A DNA stretch of 62,933 nucleotides, filler included, from Saprolegnia diclina VS20 (lineage: Eukaryota): assembly GCF_000281045.1 (NCBI RefSeq). It is 4 parts of 2 records of this genome, joined end to end, with 100 filler letters (N's around TTAATTAATTAA, not from the genome) between each part and the next. Parts side by side here need not be neighbours in the genome. Positions count along the whole stretch, not along the records: positions 1 to 29,948 come from NW_008246091.1; positions 30,049 to 56,049 come from NW_008246091.1; 2 more parts are not named here. One strand, given 5' to 3'. Position numbers and translations under genes: made by a program. Positions 21,901-32,742 of this stretch are shown in pieces (position 1 is the first letter of the stretch; the number at the start of each line of letters is the position of its first letter). Below the pieces are notes generated by a model. That model did no database searches. It saw only the letters and a list, made by a program, of their open reading frames with translations, and had not been told where the DNA came from.

Positions 21901-22944
21901 GCAGATTGGTAGTTATTGGGCTAATGAATTGCCTTGGAGTCGCAGAATGCCGTTGGATTGGTTGAAAATCCATTGCATGGTTGTCCCGTGACGCTTGCCG
22001 GGGCCGTGGGAGGATTTGTGAACGAAAGTTGGAGGTTAAGAAAGTTTTTGGTGGTGCAAGATTAGAGCTTTGTTGAATGTTGAACACGAAATGGGGTTGC
22101 CCCAATGCTCGAGGTCCACCGAGTTATATATGCTCATGTTTCGCGTTATCTTCATAATTACACAAAGACTTCGCATACGTAAAGACTAGCAATCTCCTTC
22201 TTCGCCGAGTTGCCAACGAAATCGACTGACGCTACGACAGCTACGAGACCCCATGAAAGCAGCGCAGTCGCCAGGTGCGTGTAAATTCAATACTAAGCTT
22301 CGTATGTCGATGAGACGGCAATCGGGCGACGATGCGGAACGAAGGATGTTTGTGCTTGATACGTGTTTGTAGGAGCTGTTTGTATCAATATATCGAGCAA
22401 TATATATGAGTATGTGTGTAAGAAAGAAATTAAATCGATACTGCAAGATGATAAACTGACGTGCGCAAGATACGTGCTGAATTTTACAGTCTTTCTGTGG
22501 CCAGAAGCGCGCAAGTATCAACATATATACGTGACACGACAGCCCAATTGGGTGTTTTTCGGGTCGGACGTACCATATGGTCGATATATCCTCATCTTGA
22601 TCATTGGAGAGTGTTTAAAAATGCCGATACAACAATGTGTCCTTGGTCGCGTAGCAATGTATTATGCGTATAGCCCATCAAAAAAATAATATTACAAGCA
22701 ATGACTATGGATTAAGAACTTGATACGAATTAGCGCATTGAGACGCCGCGGAAAGCACCCATCGCGATTGCCATGAGTATCCTCCAACTTGATACTCACA
22801 GTTGATGGTGGCACGTCATTGGTCGGAGGCGACAAAACAGGCGTACGGAATCAAGTAATCAAAGTATCAGGCAGAGCCATCTGGTCTTGTGCAAGGTGGG
22901 CTTGCAACGACATTCTTCGATTTGCTTTGACCAACTCACTTGCC

Positions 22945-23244
22945 ATGAGCGCCACCCAGAACCAGAGCATGTACGCCGCTCCCGTCTCCTTCCCGTTTGA
23001 TTTGCAGACGACGACGACGACGACGACCGAAGACGTCTGCTGGTCGCTCACCACCGACGCCCCGACGTCCATTGAAGAGAGCGTCATCGTCGGGGCCACG
23101 CATCTGCGCGACGTGTACGACATGCGCATGTCCGACCTTCACAGCACGCCCGTGACCATCCAACCAACGAAGGCCAATCGCCCCGCCCCATGTCCTCTCG
23201 CCGCACCTGCGTCCGTGCACTTGACCGTCGCCGTCGCCGCGTAG
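22945..23244 (+). CDS. Small hypothetical protein (99 aa)
   Basis: ATG follows an Inr-like CTCACTT. GC3-rich codons contrast with AT-richer flanks. Confidence 0.55.
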   Translation: MSATQNQSMYAAPVSFPFDLQTTTTTTTEDVCWSLTTDAPTSIEESVIVGATHLRDVYDMRMSDLHSTPVTIQPTKANRPAPCPLAAPASVHLTVAVAA

Positions 23245-23527
23245 TTTGTGTCGTCTGGGTCTAGTATAACATTGCTATTTGTCGTCTTCAGTCGCAATGA
23301 CAATTTTCACATCGTTTGAGCAAATGAGACAAACGCACATGAACGAGTTCGAGACAGCGTCCTCGTAGCATGAACGACTGCCAACGAGTAAGACACCCGT
23401 TCCCGTCTTTCTTTTATTCCTTATACCGGTACTCGGAGTATTTAGCAGCCAAGTGCGTCTATAGCAACGAAGTCACGACAGTAGCAGCACGCAGAGTCCT
23501 CCTATACTGTCGGCTTATATTAAAATC

Positions 23528-24641
23528 CTAAAATTCCACCGAGCACGCGGTGCCATTCTCCTTTCGGTCGTCTTCGGTGCGGGTGATGACAAAGCTGTCG
23601 TTGGAGCCGTCGCTCATGTTGAAGCTGCCGTCCGTCGACGTGCGCTGACGATGGAAGCTGGACGAGTCGCTCTCCGAATCGCTCCCGACGCCCTCGTTGA
23701 AGTTCTCCAAGTGGTTGAACTTTTGCGCGATCGTCTGGCGGTACGGCGCCGTGTCCGTCTCGACCGACGCGCGCGCCACAAAGTTGACGAGCGGGTTCGT
23801 CGCCACCTCGTAGCCACTCATGGCGCTCGTGCGCGGCAGACTCGTGTTGCTCGAACTGCTACGGGGCGAGATCGGCAGCGCAAAGACCGGTGCCGGCTCG
23901 GGCACGGCGTACATGGGCGGCGCCGGCTGCGTCGCCATGGTCGTCATCGGGATGGCCACTTGCGCGGGCGGCGTCGACTGCGCCTTGTTGGCGTAGTGTC
24001 CGACGTCATCGTCGTCGTCTTCGTCGTTGCGGCGCTTGCGAATGATGCAGCATGCGATACCGATGATGAGGAAGAGTCCGACAACACCGCCGCCGATGCC
24101 ACCATAGAGAGCCCAGTTTGTGGACGATGACGGCGGCGAGGTCGCAGGTGCGGCCGTCGGCTCGGCTGTGGCCGAGCTCGCGTCGTCTGTCGGGGCCGGC
24201 GTGGTAGTTTGATCTGAAGGGCGCTGCGTCGGCTGTGGCGGCTGCGTAGGCTGGGTCGGCTGGGGCGATTGGGGGGACTCTGTCGTGGACACGGGCGCCG
24301 TCGTCGTCGTGTTTCCAGTACCAGAGCCCGAGCCAGAGCCCGACGAGGTCGACGACCAGGTGCCACACTTGGTCGACGACGAGCAGAGGCCAAAGAAGTT
24401 GGTGTCCTTGCAGGAGACAGTGCCCGAGTCCGAGACGCTCATGCAGGCGCCGCAGGACGTTGACGTCGATCGGTCGCATGTGTCGCCGGATGCAGTCACG
24501 CACGTCTTGTTCTTGCACACGGCCGGCGTTGTCTTGGCATCACCTAGGGAGGTGCTGCATTAGACGTAGGTGGCACATGCGGATGGGCGTACTGGCAGCG
24601 AGAAGGAGCAGCGCTGTCGCTAGCTGCAGAAGGAGCTTCAT
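23528..24641 (-). CDS. Type I membrane protein: signal peptide, Cys-rich domain, Ser/Thr/Pro stalk, TM, cytosolic tail
   Basis: MKLLLQLATALLLAA, one intron (gtacgc...ccctag), 8-Cys domain, mucin-like region, and TM GGIGGGVVGLFLIIGIACCII followed by RKRR. Confidence 0.85.
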
Positions 24642-26170
24642 GAGGAGCGGAGTACTTTCTTCGGCGACCTGGGCACGCTGTAGAGAGTTGGCGAGTTTGC
24701 AACAGCGTGCTCGTCGAGGAAGTCACCACCTGGTGAGCGTTGGGCGACCACCATGTAGTGATCTTTAAACAGGATCGGCATAGATTTGACTTGGTTGAAA
24801 TAAGCAACAACCCGTCTCATGTATTATACTTGGTGTTTGTATGTTGGCTTTGGTAATAAAATGCATTTTCGTGTCTGAGATCGTTCGCGGCTTCGTAAGC
24901 CCGCAGCTGTATTTTTTCTCGAATTTCAAATCCAATAGACACGCCAAGTTCTTTTCGATCGAATGGTTTAAAATACTTTAACCGAGACGTTGAACTCGCT
25001 TCTCGAAGGTGTCTCAAACAGCCTGTCAAACCGTGTGTGCATTGCGAACCTGCGCAACGACGAGTGGACCAAACGACCGAGACGAGTCTACCGATACACT
25101 GAGCCTTGCTGCATCGCAGTCGGAAGCGCGGCTCGTAGCTCTCGAATTTGGTCGCACGTGCAGCCAGTCTCTTGACACTGCTGTTGCGAGAATAGTGCAT
25201 GATTATGAAGACGTGCACGGTGCTAGCAACTGCAACGTTGGTAGATCCGACACCGATTTACAGCAGCTTGCTACGACGATCAGCAAGCTTCTTCTCGCTG
25301 CGAGAATTACTGTAGACATTTGAGCCCAAACGAGCACGAGCAATGGAGTGAGAGCGATTTCAAGTTCGAAGCCACACGTCTCGACATGTCTTTGGTCGTC
25401 GTCGCTTGGAGTTTGTCAAAACAAACTCTGTCCACTCCGTCCAACAATCGAGTCGAACCGTACGTTTGGGACGCTTCTGGTAAATAGTTTAACCGTGGTG
25501 TGGGTTTATCGAATTGCCTTCGCGCCAAATAAGTGATTTGTCGACACAAAAATTGCTTGCGGCTACTACCAAGCTACCAAGCCAGCGATCACTTCGCTAC
25601 CGTGCTCAGCGATCATAGTCGAGCTCTAAGGTTGGCTTCACGCGTGTGGAGTGAAGGCGATGCAGAGATGTGAGGTTGGAGAGTTGGTCACGTGGGTGTT
25701 GCTGTCCGTAATCGTGTTTCGTACCGTGACGCCCAAGTCCAAAGTAGAATCGATACAAGAAGACCGTGACGCCTTCGTTGGAGACTTGGCTTGCGTGCGC
25801 ACACATCGTCCTTGGCCCATGAATTCATATATATCAGCGGGTACAGTGTACGCAGGCTATTGCCGCGCTTGGTATATTCACAGTGGAGATAGAGCCCAAC
25901 ACCAAGAGCGCTGGACCGTCGAAGCGAGCGACAGGCGTTGGCTGAAGTTTGGGCGAATCCGACAAAACAACTGCAGCGGAAACGATTTATCACTGGATTT
26001 AAATCCTCCTTGAGAACACGGTCCGGAAGTCTCTCTGCCATGCGACGACGCACCGCTCGAGAGCTCTTGGTTCGTTGCGGATGGTTGGGGCACGGTGCTT
26101 TTATCCTTTTTTGCGCGAGGAATCGACAATTCATAGTGGAATGTTGCATAAATCCTACAAGCGATTAAAC

Positions 26171-27430
26171 TTAGTTACTGACGATCGCTTGGTAGAGCTG
26201 CTGGCGCTGGCGAAAGAGAGCTTCGTCCAGGGTTGCGAGTGGCTTGACGCACGCCATGAGGCAGTTGAGAACCACGAGGCCAACGCAGGCGAGCGGGAGG
26301 AACCCGATGCCGCAGCTGACGCCGACAATGATGACGACGAAGAGACCGATCGAGAAGGACATGCTCACGAGGCTCAGGAGCACGAGCAAAAGCATGTTGC
26401 CGAGCTTGGTGCAGTAGCGCGCAAAGGTGCCTTGGCGGCGGCGACGGTTGTCGGGCACCTCGACCATCAACGGCGCTTGCACCGACGACGGCAGGTCGTC
26501 GTACACCGGGGCATACATGGGCGCGCTCGGTGCGTAAAAGTACGTTGGCTGCTGCGTTTGGACGACGACGCCCGTCGTGGAAAAGAACTCGCTCGTGAAA
26601 AACTTGGTCGTGCCCCGGAGGATCGCGCCAAAGCCGTGGAGGCAGAGCACGCTAAAGTAGAGAAACCCGACGCCGAAGAGCGCGATCTGCACCTTGTGCG
26701 CCTCGTCCACCGGAATGCCAGCGACGCTCGCGTGCAGCGTGTGGACGCGGTGGTGACGCGTGTACGTCAACGTCATTGGCTGGTTGTTGGCATACGAGTC
26801 GTCCCAGTAGAGCGGAAAGGCCATGCACGCGATCGACGTCGCTAGCAAAATCAGCGGCGTCAAGCTAAACATGAGCGCGAGCGGGAGCTTGATGGCGACA
26901 AAGTAAAAGACGGCGAGGATCGACTCGGCCGAGAGCGTCGAGAGCGACGGCGAGAGGCGGTACCCGCTGCGGTGGTAGAGTCCGCGGCGCGGCACCTGAA
27001 AGTTGACTGTGATCTGGTCTTTTGTTGGCGCCACGCAGTTGTAGAGGTACACGTCGCACTCGGCAAAGACGCGGACGAGATGCAAAAGGAACTGCAGCAC
27101 GAGCAAGCCGAGGCAGCAGAGCGGAATGAGGCCGACGCCGAGCGACCCGACCGAAATGACGAGCACAAAGGCCAGCAGCGCCAAGACAAAGTTGAACAGG
27201 TGGAAGAAGACGAGCTGGAACGTCAAGAGGCGCAGTGGACTGGTGAGCGCATACCAAAAGACATTGTCATTGTCCTCGTGGTCGCACGGCGGCGGTGGCA
27301 CGGCATAGTACTGCGGCGGCGCAGCTTGGTACCCGCCATACATGGGCACGGTGGCCGGCGTCGGTGCGGGTGCGGCCACCGGCACCGCCATCACGGGCGT
27401 CTTCTCGGTTGGTGAGAGTGCAGGATACAT
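26171..27430 (-). CDS. Intronless multi-pass membrane protein, copy 2 (inverted paralog of 182-1441)
   Basis: Translation matches copy 1 except for a few residues (H>F, H>R, A>V, D>G). Confidence 0.8.
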   Translation of the reverse strand: MYPALSPTEKTPVMAVPVAAPAPTPATVPMYGGYQAAPPQYYAVPPPPCDHEDNDNVFWYALTSPLRLLTFQLVFFHLFNFVLALLAFVLVISVGSLGVGLIPLCCLGLLVLQFLLHLVRVFAECDVYLYNCVAPTKDQITVNFQVPRRGLYHRSGYRLSPSLSTLSAESILAVFYFVAIKLPLALMFSLTPLILLATSIACMAFPLYWDDSYANNQPMTLTYTRHHRVHTLHASVAGIPVDEAHKVQIALFGVGFLYFSVLCLHGFGAILRGTTKFFTSEFFSTTGVVVQTQQPTYFYAPSAPMYAPVYDDLPSSVQAPLMVEVPDNRRRRQGTFARYCTKLGNMLLLVLLSLVSMSFSIGLFVVIIVGVSCGIGFLPLACVGLVVLNCLMACVKPLATLDEALFRQRQQLYQAIVSN

Positions 27431-27804
27431 TGTTCGAGGAGGTCGACAAAATAAGAATGAGTCGAAGGGCAATCTGGCAGTGGTCACCTGCACTCGGCTC
27501 GGAATGTGGGTTTGGGAATGTCGGTACCAGAGTGTAGGTGGATCTGATAATCTTATTTCACGGAATCGTCTCAATTGCAGAAAATGTCAAACTGAATAGA
27601 CAGCATTCGAGACAGTATAGATAAATTCTGTATGTTTGGGACGAATCATGGTCTGAGGGCATCACACACTTGGTGTGTGAAATGGTGATGATCAGGAGGC
27701 CAACTGTGGCCAGATAGCCTTCCCGCTCCTCGCCACTCATTATGCCCCGGTCGCCGGGGCTACTGCAATACACTTGCACGCAGTCGCATTTGCAGTGGTA
27801 GCGA

Positions 27805-27875
27805 ACGAACTGAAGGCTCAACGAACGTCAAGCCTTAGACGAACTGAAGGCTCAACGAACGACAAGCCTTTAGAC
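27805..27875. repeat. Two tandem copies of a roughly 34-bp unit with internal hairpin
   Basis: acgaactgAAGGCTcaacgaacg(t/a)caAGCCTT(t)ag occurs twice. AAGGCT and AGCCTT are reverse complements. Confidence 0.75.
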
Positions 27876-27974
27876 TATTGATTCAACTACAAAGAGACTT
27901 TGCGCTGATTACACGTAGCAACTGGGAAGCACCCGCTGTCGCGTTGTATTGTGCATGACATACACGCGTTGTCC

Positions 27975-29314
27975 TCACAAGCCGATGGGTTCTGAGGCGG
28001 CCTCGGCAAGGCCTTGGGTCTTGAGCCATTCGGCATTATAGAGCTTGCTTCGGTAGCGGTCGCCGCCGTCGCAGAGCACCGTCGCCACGGTGTGACCAGG
28101 GCCAAGCTTCCGCGCCAGCTTGACGGCGCCGACCACGTTGAGCGCAGCGCTCGGACCCACAAAAATACCTAATGCACCCTATCAAACGCTGGTCGCACGA
28201 CGAACTAGAAAGCACCGTCGTGGCGAAGGAGGTGGTAGGCCATTCGCACAATCTCAAAGTTGGTCACGATGATACCGTGGTCCATGACGCCTTGCTTAAA
28301 GTTGGGAGTCGCGCGCGGCAGGCCAATGCCCTCTGCAATCTAGTCAGCAGTTTTATCTGATGCTGAGGAGCGAGATAGATACCGTGTCGCCGCTCGTCTT
28401 GGGGAGCATCTCCCAGCCGTTGGGCTGAAGCGTGCTGTTGGTGCGCTTCGAGTTGATGTAGCCCGCGGTCGCACCGCCCTCGGGGTCGACGACCCACACT
28501 TCGATGGCCGGATTCTTCTCCTTGAGAAACTTGGAGATGCCGCCAATGGTGCCGCCCGTACCTACGACGCTTGTGAATGCAACCATAAAATGCTGTCTCT
28601 GGCGCACCAGACGCGGCCACAAACCCATCGAGTCGACCTGTCGTCTGCCGCCAGATCTCGGGCCCCGTCGTCTCGTAGTGTGCCTGGAAGTTGGCGATGT
28701 TTTCAAACTGGTCCGGTCCGAAATGCGTCGTCGGGTTGGCTGCAATGATGCGCTTGGCAAGGTGGTAAAAGTGGTTGGGATCCGAGAGCGGGACGCCCGG
28801 CTGGACGTGCGTCGTAGCGCCAAACGCTTGCATGAGCGCGATCTTCTCCGTCGACGTAACCGCGGGCATCGTGAAGACAGCCTTGTAGCCCTTGGCCGCT
28901 GCGACGAGCGCGAGACCAAGTCCCGTGTTGCCGCCCGTGGCTTCTACGACGGTGCCGCCCGGCGGAAGGTCACCCGACTTCTCCGCCGACTCGATCAAGT
29001 ACTTGGCCGCGCGGTCCTTGACGCTGCCACTCGGGTTGAGGAACCTACGACCATCTACTATCAGACACTGTTCGAAATCGATACGCGTCGTACTCGGCCT
29101 TGGCGAGAATGCGGCAGCCCGTGAGCTTGGAGAGCGACGGGATCTCGAGCAGCGGGGTATTGCCGATCGCGCCGAGGATGGTCACGACCTCGTCGGACGT
29201 CGATGCCGGCGTCGAGCGCAGCTGTTGGGTGCGCTCAGACCAAACGCCGATGGCGGCTCCCGTCGCCAGAAGCGCGAGGCCGCCGGCAGCGCGTTGCAAG
29301 CCAGCAGCGGTCAT
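27975..29314 (-). CDS. Cysteine synthase-family PLP enzyme with N-terminal hydrophobic anchor (multi-exon)
   Basis: IGNTPL, KAE|FLNPSGSVKDRAA, EATGGNTGLG, DQFENIANF.AHYETTGPEIW, GTGGTIGG and VLCDGGDRYRSKLY. Confidence 0.92.
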
Positions 29315-30283
29315 GGTGCAAACTCGAAAAAAAGTGCAACCTCGCAGTCGTAACGAGCGACCCAATCACGGCATTTCTCACATTCCTCACTGATACCACA
29401 ATTTACACGCATAAAGAAATTGAGTTAAATGCAATGAAAATCAGAGCTAAAAAACCACGGTGAGATATGCAGGCGCCCCACGAGGTATGATGCTTGCAGA
29501 TGCTTGCAAGGCTCCGACCAAGACTGCGCTCGAGCCGCATGAGACAGTCGATGCTCCAGCTCATGGTCGTCTCGAGGCTCTGGAGACTCAAGGGACGTGT
29601 AATATTCAAGTGGTGTCAAAACTGGCAGCTCTAGGGACGCTCACTTTACCGACGCAAGAGCAAGACGAGGAGCGCGTGCAAAATGAGAAGCGTGACGCAT
29701 GCAATGCCACTCACAATCGCAAGCTTGTACTCTACCAGCAGCATGAGTTAGTTGCCGAGATCACACGCAAAGTACCCAGGAGCTCGGACGAAACAGCGAG
29801 CGGCGCCATGGACCAGCGCACCGCCATCTCGGGGACGATGGCCACGTGGAGAGACGTGAGCGAGAGGCCGCAGAGCCCGAGGCCGTGGAGGAACAAGCCG
29901 TGCACAAGCGACGTCCGGAGGCAAAACCAGACGCCGCCGAGCGCCGAGNNNNNNNNNNNNNNNNNNNNNNNNNNNNNNNNNNNNNNNNNNNNTTAATTAA
30001 TTAANNNNNNNNNNNNNNNNNNNNNNNNNNNNNNNNNNNNNNNNNNNNTGGCGTATTTTGTCCCACTTCGAGTGGTCATGTCGACGAACAACCCGACTCA
30101 ATCGACTTTTGGTAAGAAAACTATTAATTAATAATAATACCTGGTCGTGTGTACACCTTGTCGATAGATTAATATACTTATTGTATCCCTCACGTACTCT
30201 TTCTGCTAATCAGTGAAAGTCAGCATCCTCACAAATGACCTTGGTTGAAATTAGATAGAATAAAATGATATATACAAATGTGT

Positions 30284-31846
30284 CTACTTTTCATAGCCAA
30301 ACTGCTGGGACGCGCCGCCGTTGCACTGCCAGAGCTGCGCCTTCTTAGACCCGAGGTCCATGTCGAGGCAAAAGCCCTTGTAGATCATGTGCTTGATCGC
30401 CTTGCTCGACGGGTCGTACTGCCACTGCTGGTTGCCGTTCGAGAGACTGCACGAGTAGGTGTGGACGGGCGCGCCATTGGAGCCGAGGTACGCGTCGAGA
30501 CAGAGCCCCGTGAGCTCCGACTTGATGGTGTTTTGCATGTGGTCAAAGGTCCAGAGCGCGCCTTGGTCGCTCGCGAGCGCGTTGAACGACGGGCTGGGCG
30601 GCCGGAAGCTCACGCTCGAGTCTTGGTTGGCGGCGAAGACCACGTTCTGGCTGCGCAGCGAGATGCCGACGTGCAGCATGACGGAGGCGACGGCGATCAT
30701 CTGGTTGCTGTTGCCGAGGACGCAGGGCCAGACCTGGACGGCGTTGTTGGCCGTCGACGGGTTGGCATCGACGCACAGGTTGTTGTGCGTCGCGTGCTTG
30801 ACGCTGGAGCCGGACACGATCCACTTTTGGTTGCTATTGCTCGCGTCGCAAGTCCACGTGTGCAGATACATGTTGCCGTCGCCGCCCCGGTAGGCGTCCA
30901 AGCACTGGTTGGGCGCGCTGCGGCTCTGCAGCTGCTGCGTCCCCGCGTTGTACGTCCACACAAAGTTGGACGAGTACGTGTTGTCGCCCATGTAGATGCC
31001 CGAGTAGTACTCCAAGATACCCTTGCTCGTCGACGTCGTCAGCGTCAGCGGTAGCTGCAAGCGCGACGCGACCGACATGGGCGCCACGGGCACTGACGCC
31101 GGCGCTGGCTGCGGGGCGGGCTGAGGTTGTGGCTGTGGGTTGGGTTGCGGGTTGGGTGGCGACGCGCCGCCTGTCTTGAACTGCTGGGTCAGCTGTGTGC
31201 ACTGGCCGGGCTGGAGCGCGACGTTGGCTGTGATCGTGTCGCCCGAGAACGATGTCATGCTGATTTGGGTCGACCCGAGCGGCGCGGTTTGCTGCGCCTG
31301 GAAGTAGTACGCCGTGCCGCCAAAGAGCGGGCAGGTTGGGCCGTTGACCGACATGCTCGCGACGCCATTGACCGTGTTGGTTGGCTGGACTGCAAGCCAC
31401 CACTGGGAGCTGCCGACCTTGGCGCAGATCTTGACGCCGCCTTGGACGGGACAGTCGACGAAGCTCCACTGGACCTTCCAGCGACCCGTGGTGTGGCCTG
31501 TGGTCGCCTGGAAGATTGGCAGGGCCATATCGAGGTCGCCGTTCTCGCAGCCGGGGCAATGATCCGTGATCTGCGCGACGGCCACCGCATTCGTTGTGCA
31601 GCCAGAGTCGACGCACTGGATCTGAACACAGCGGCCGCAGTGCTTCCCGAGCGCCCACTGCACCGTGTTGATCGCGACGTGGTAGCCGTTCGTGGACATG
31701 GGCAGCCAGTCCATGAGGTTGCAGTTGCCGTCGCCCGGCGGCGACCCTTCGGGGCCACCGTACGTCGTGGCGATGCCTGTGCTGCTCTGGCCGAGCACTG
31801 TGACCGCGACCGCCATGAGGACGAGCGCAATGACGTTCCGTGCCAT
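30284..31846 (-). CDS. Secreted expansin-like protein (DPBB + CBM63-like) fused to two ricin-B (CBM13) lectin domains
   Basis: Signal peptide MARNVIALVLMAVAVTVLG. GIATTYG, CGRCVQIQC, ITDHCPGCENGDLDM and WSFVDCPV motifs. P/Q linker, then CLDAY...NQKW/NQQW QxW repeats. Intronless. Confidence 0.9.
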   Translation of the reverse strand: MARNVIALVLMAVAVTVLGQSSTGIATTYGGPEGSPPGDGNCNLMDWLPMSTNGYHVAINTVQWALGKHCGRCVQIQCVDSGCTTNAVAVAQITDHCPGCENGDLDMALPIFQATTGHTTGRWKVQWSFVDCPVQGGVKICAKVGSSQWWLAVQPTNTVNGVASMSVNGPTCPLFGGTAYYFQAQQTAPLGSTQISMTSFSGDTITANVALQPGQCTQLTQQFKTGGASPPNPQPNPQPQPQPAPQPAPASVPVAPMSVASRLQLPLTLTTSTSKGILEYYSGIYMGDNTYSSNFVWTYNAGTQQLQSRSAPNQCLDAYRGGDGNMYLHTWTCDASNSNQKWIVSGSSVKHATHNNLCVDANPSTANNAVQVWPCVLGNSNQMIAVASVMLHVGISLRSQNVVFAANQDSSVSFRPPSPSFNALASDQGALWTFDHMQNTIKSELTGLCLDAYLGSNGAPVHTYSCSLSNGNQQWQYDPSSKAIKHMIYKGFCLDMDLGSKKAQLWQCNGGASQQFGYEK

Positions 31847-32742
31847 GTTCGATGGACAGCAAAATGCGAAGTGGGCGGTGGATGCTGGCGTCTGCGAAGC
31901 GCAGTGATAGCAAGTGGCGTGTGCACCACGTGGTCCTGTGGCAGTCGGTGCCACAGCCAAGTGATGTTCGATCGCTCCATCTCGCCAAAAGAACGACCAA
32001 CCAGGTCACACCCCAAATGATAACAAACTTAATGCCGAAATCAACCTATACACTGCATATATTTTCCCCAATGCACTAAAGAAAGCGTCGTTACTGACAA
32101 CATTCATGGTATCTGCCCACCAAATGATAGGCTCAACAATCACGATCGAGCAACGCACGCACCCAAGCTGCTTGTCCCACACAACGAGGCGGTACCTTGC
32201 GTAAAGTATGCTTCTGCTTCTCACCACACCCGCGGCCATCGCAGGTGGCTTTGGCGAAGACGCTGCTCATCGAGAGCGGCTCTGTGCACAGTACTCGCCA
32301 TCGCACATCTCTGCATCGGGCGCTTGGAATTTGGAGAGACTCGAAGCGTTTCTTTAATGAGCGGGCGAGGTTCATCGAACCCAGCGAAGCTGTCGTTCGC
32401 GCTGAATTCATCGACTAAACGATCCAGCGCTCCACATCTGCAAATCCCTGCCAGTCTCCAGGTCGAGATGGTCAATGAAGTCGAAGGTCAGACTAGAATG
32501 ATCGATGCACTGACGACCTATTAGCTCCGTCCAGCCCACAGTAAGCTTACTCCGCTCCAGTCGCTGAGCTACCGGATCTTGGCGCAGACACCATTTCCAA
32601 AGCGAGGAGGACTAGATCTGTGCAACCCTCTCTAGTAGACCAGCTAGGAGACTGTATGACGGAGAACCAGCTGCAGAGCCAGATGGAGAAACGGCAGGTT
32701 GTCCTTGGGTTGCCATTGACGAGTGCATTGCACTCGACGCTC

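Noticed and set aside
24817..26150. Possible decayed coding sequence
   Set aside because: Short protein-like stretches, but no recognisable family or consistent frame.
29993..30004. TTAATTAATTAA palindrome within N runs (also at 56094-56105 and 59149-59160)
   Set aside because: Identical 12-mer centred in 100-nt gaps with stops in all six frames. This is an artificial scaffolding linker, not biology.
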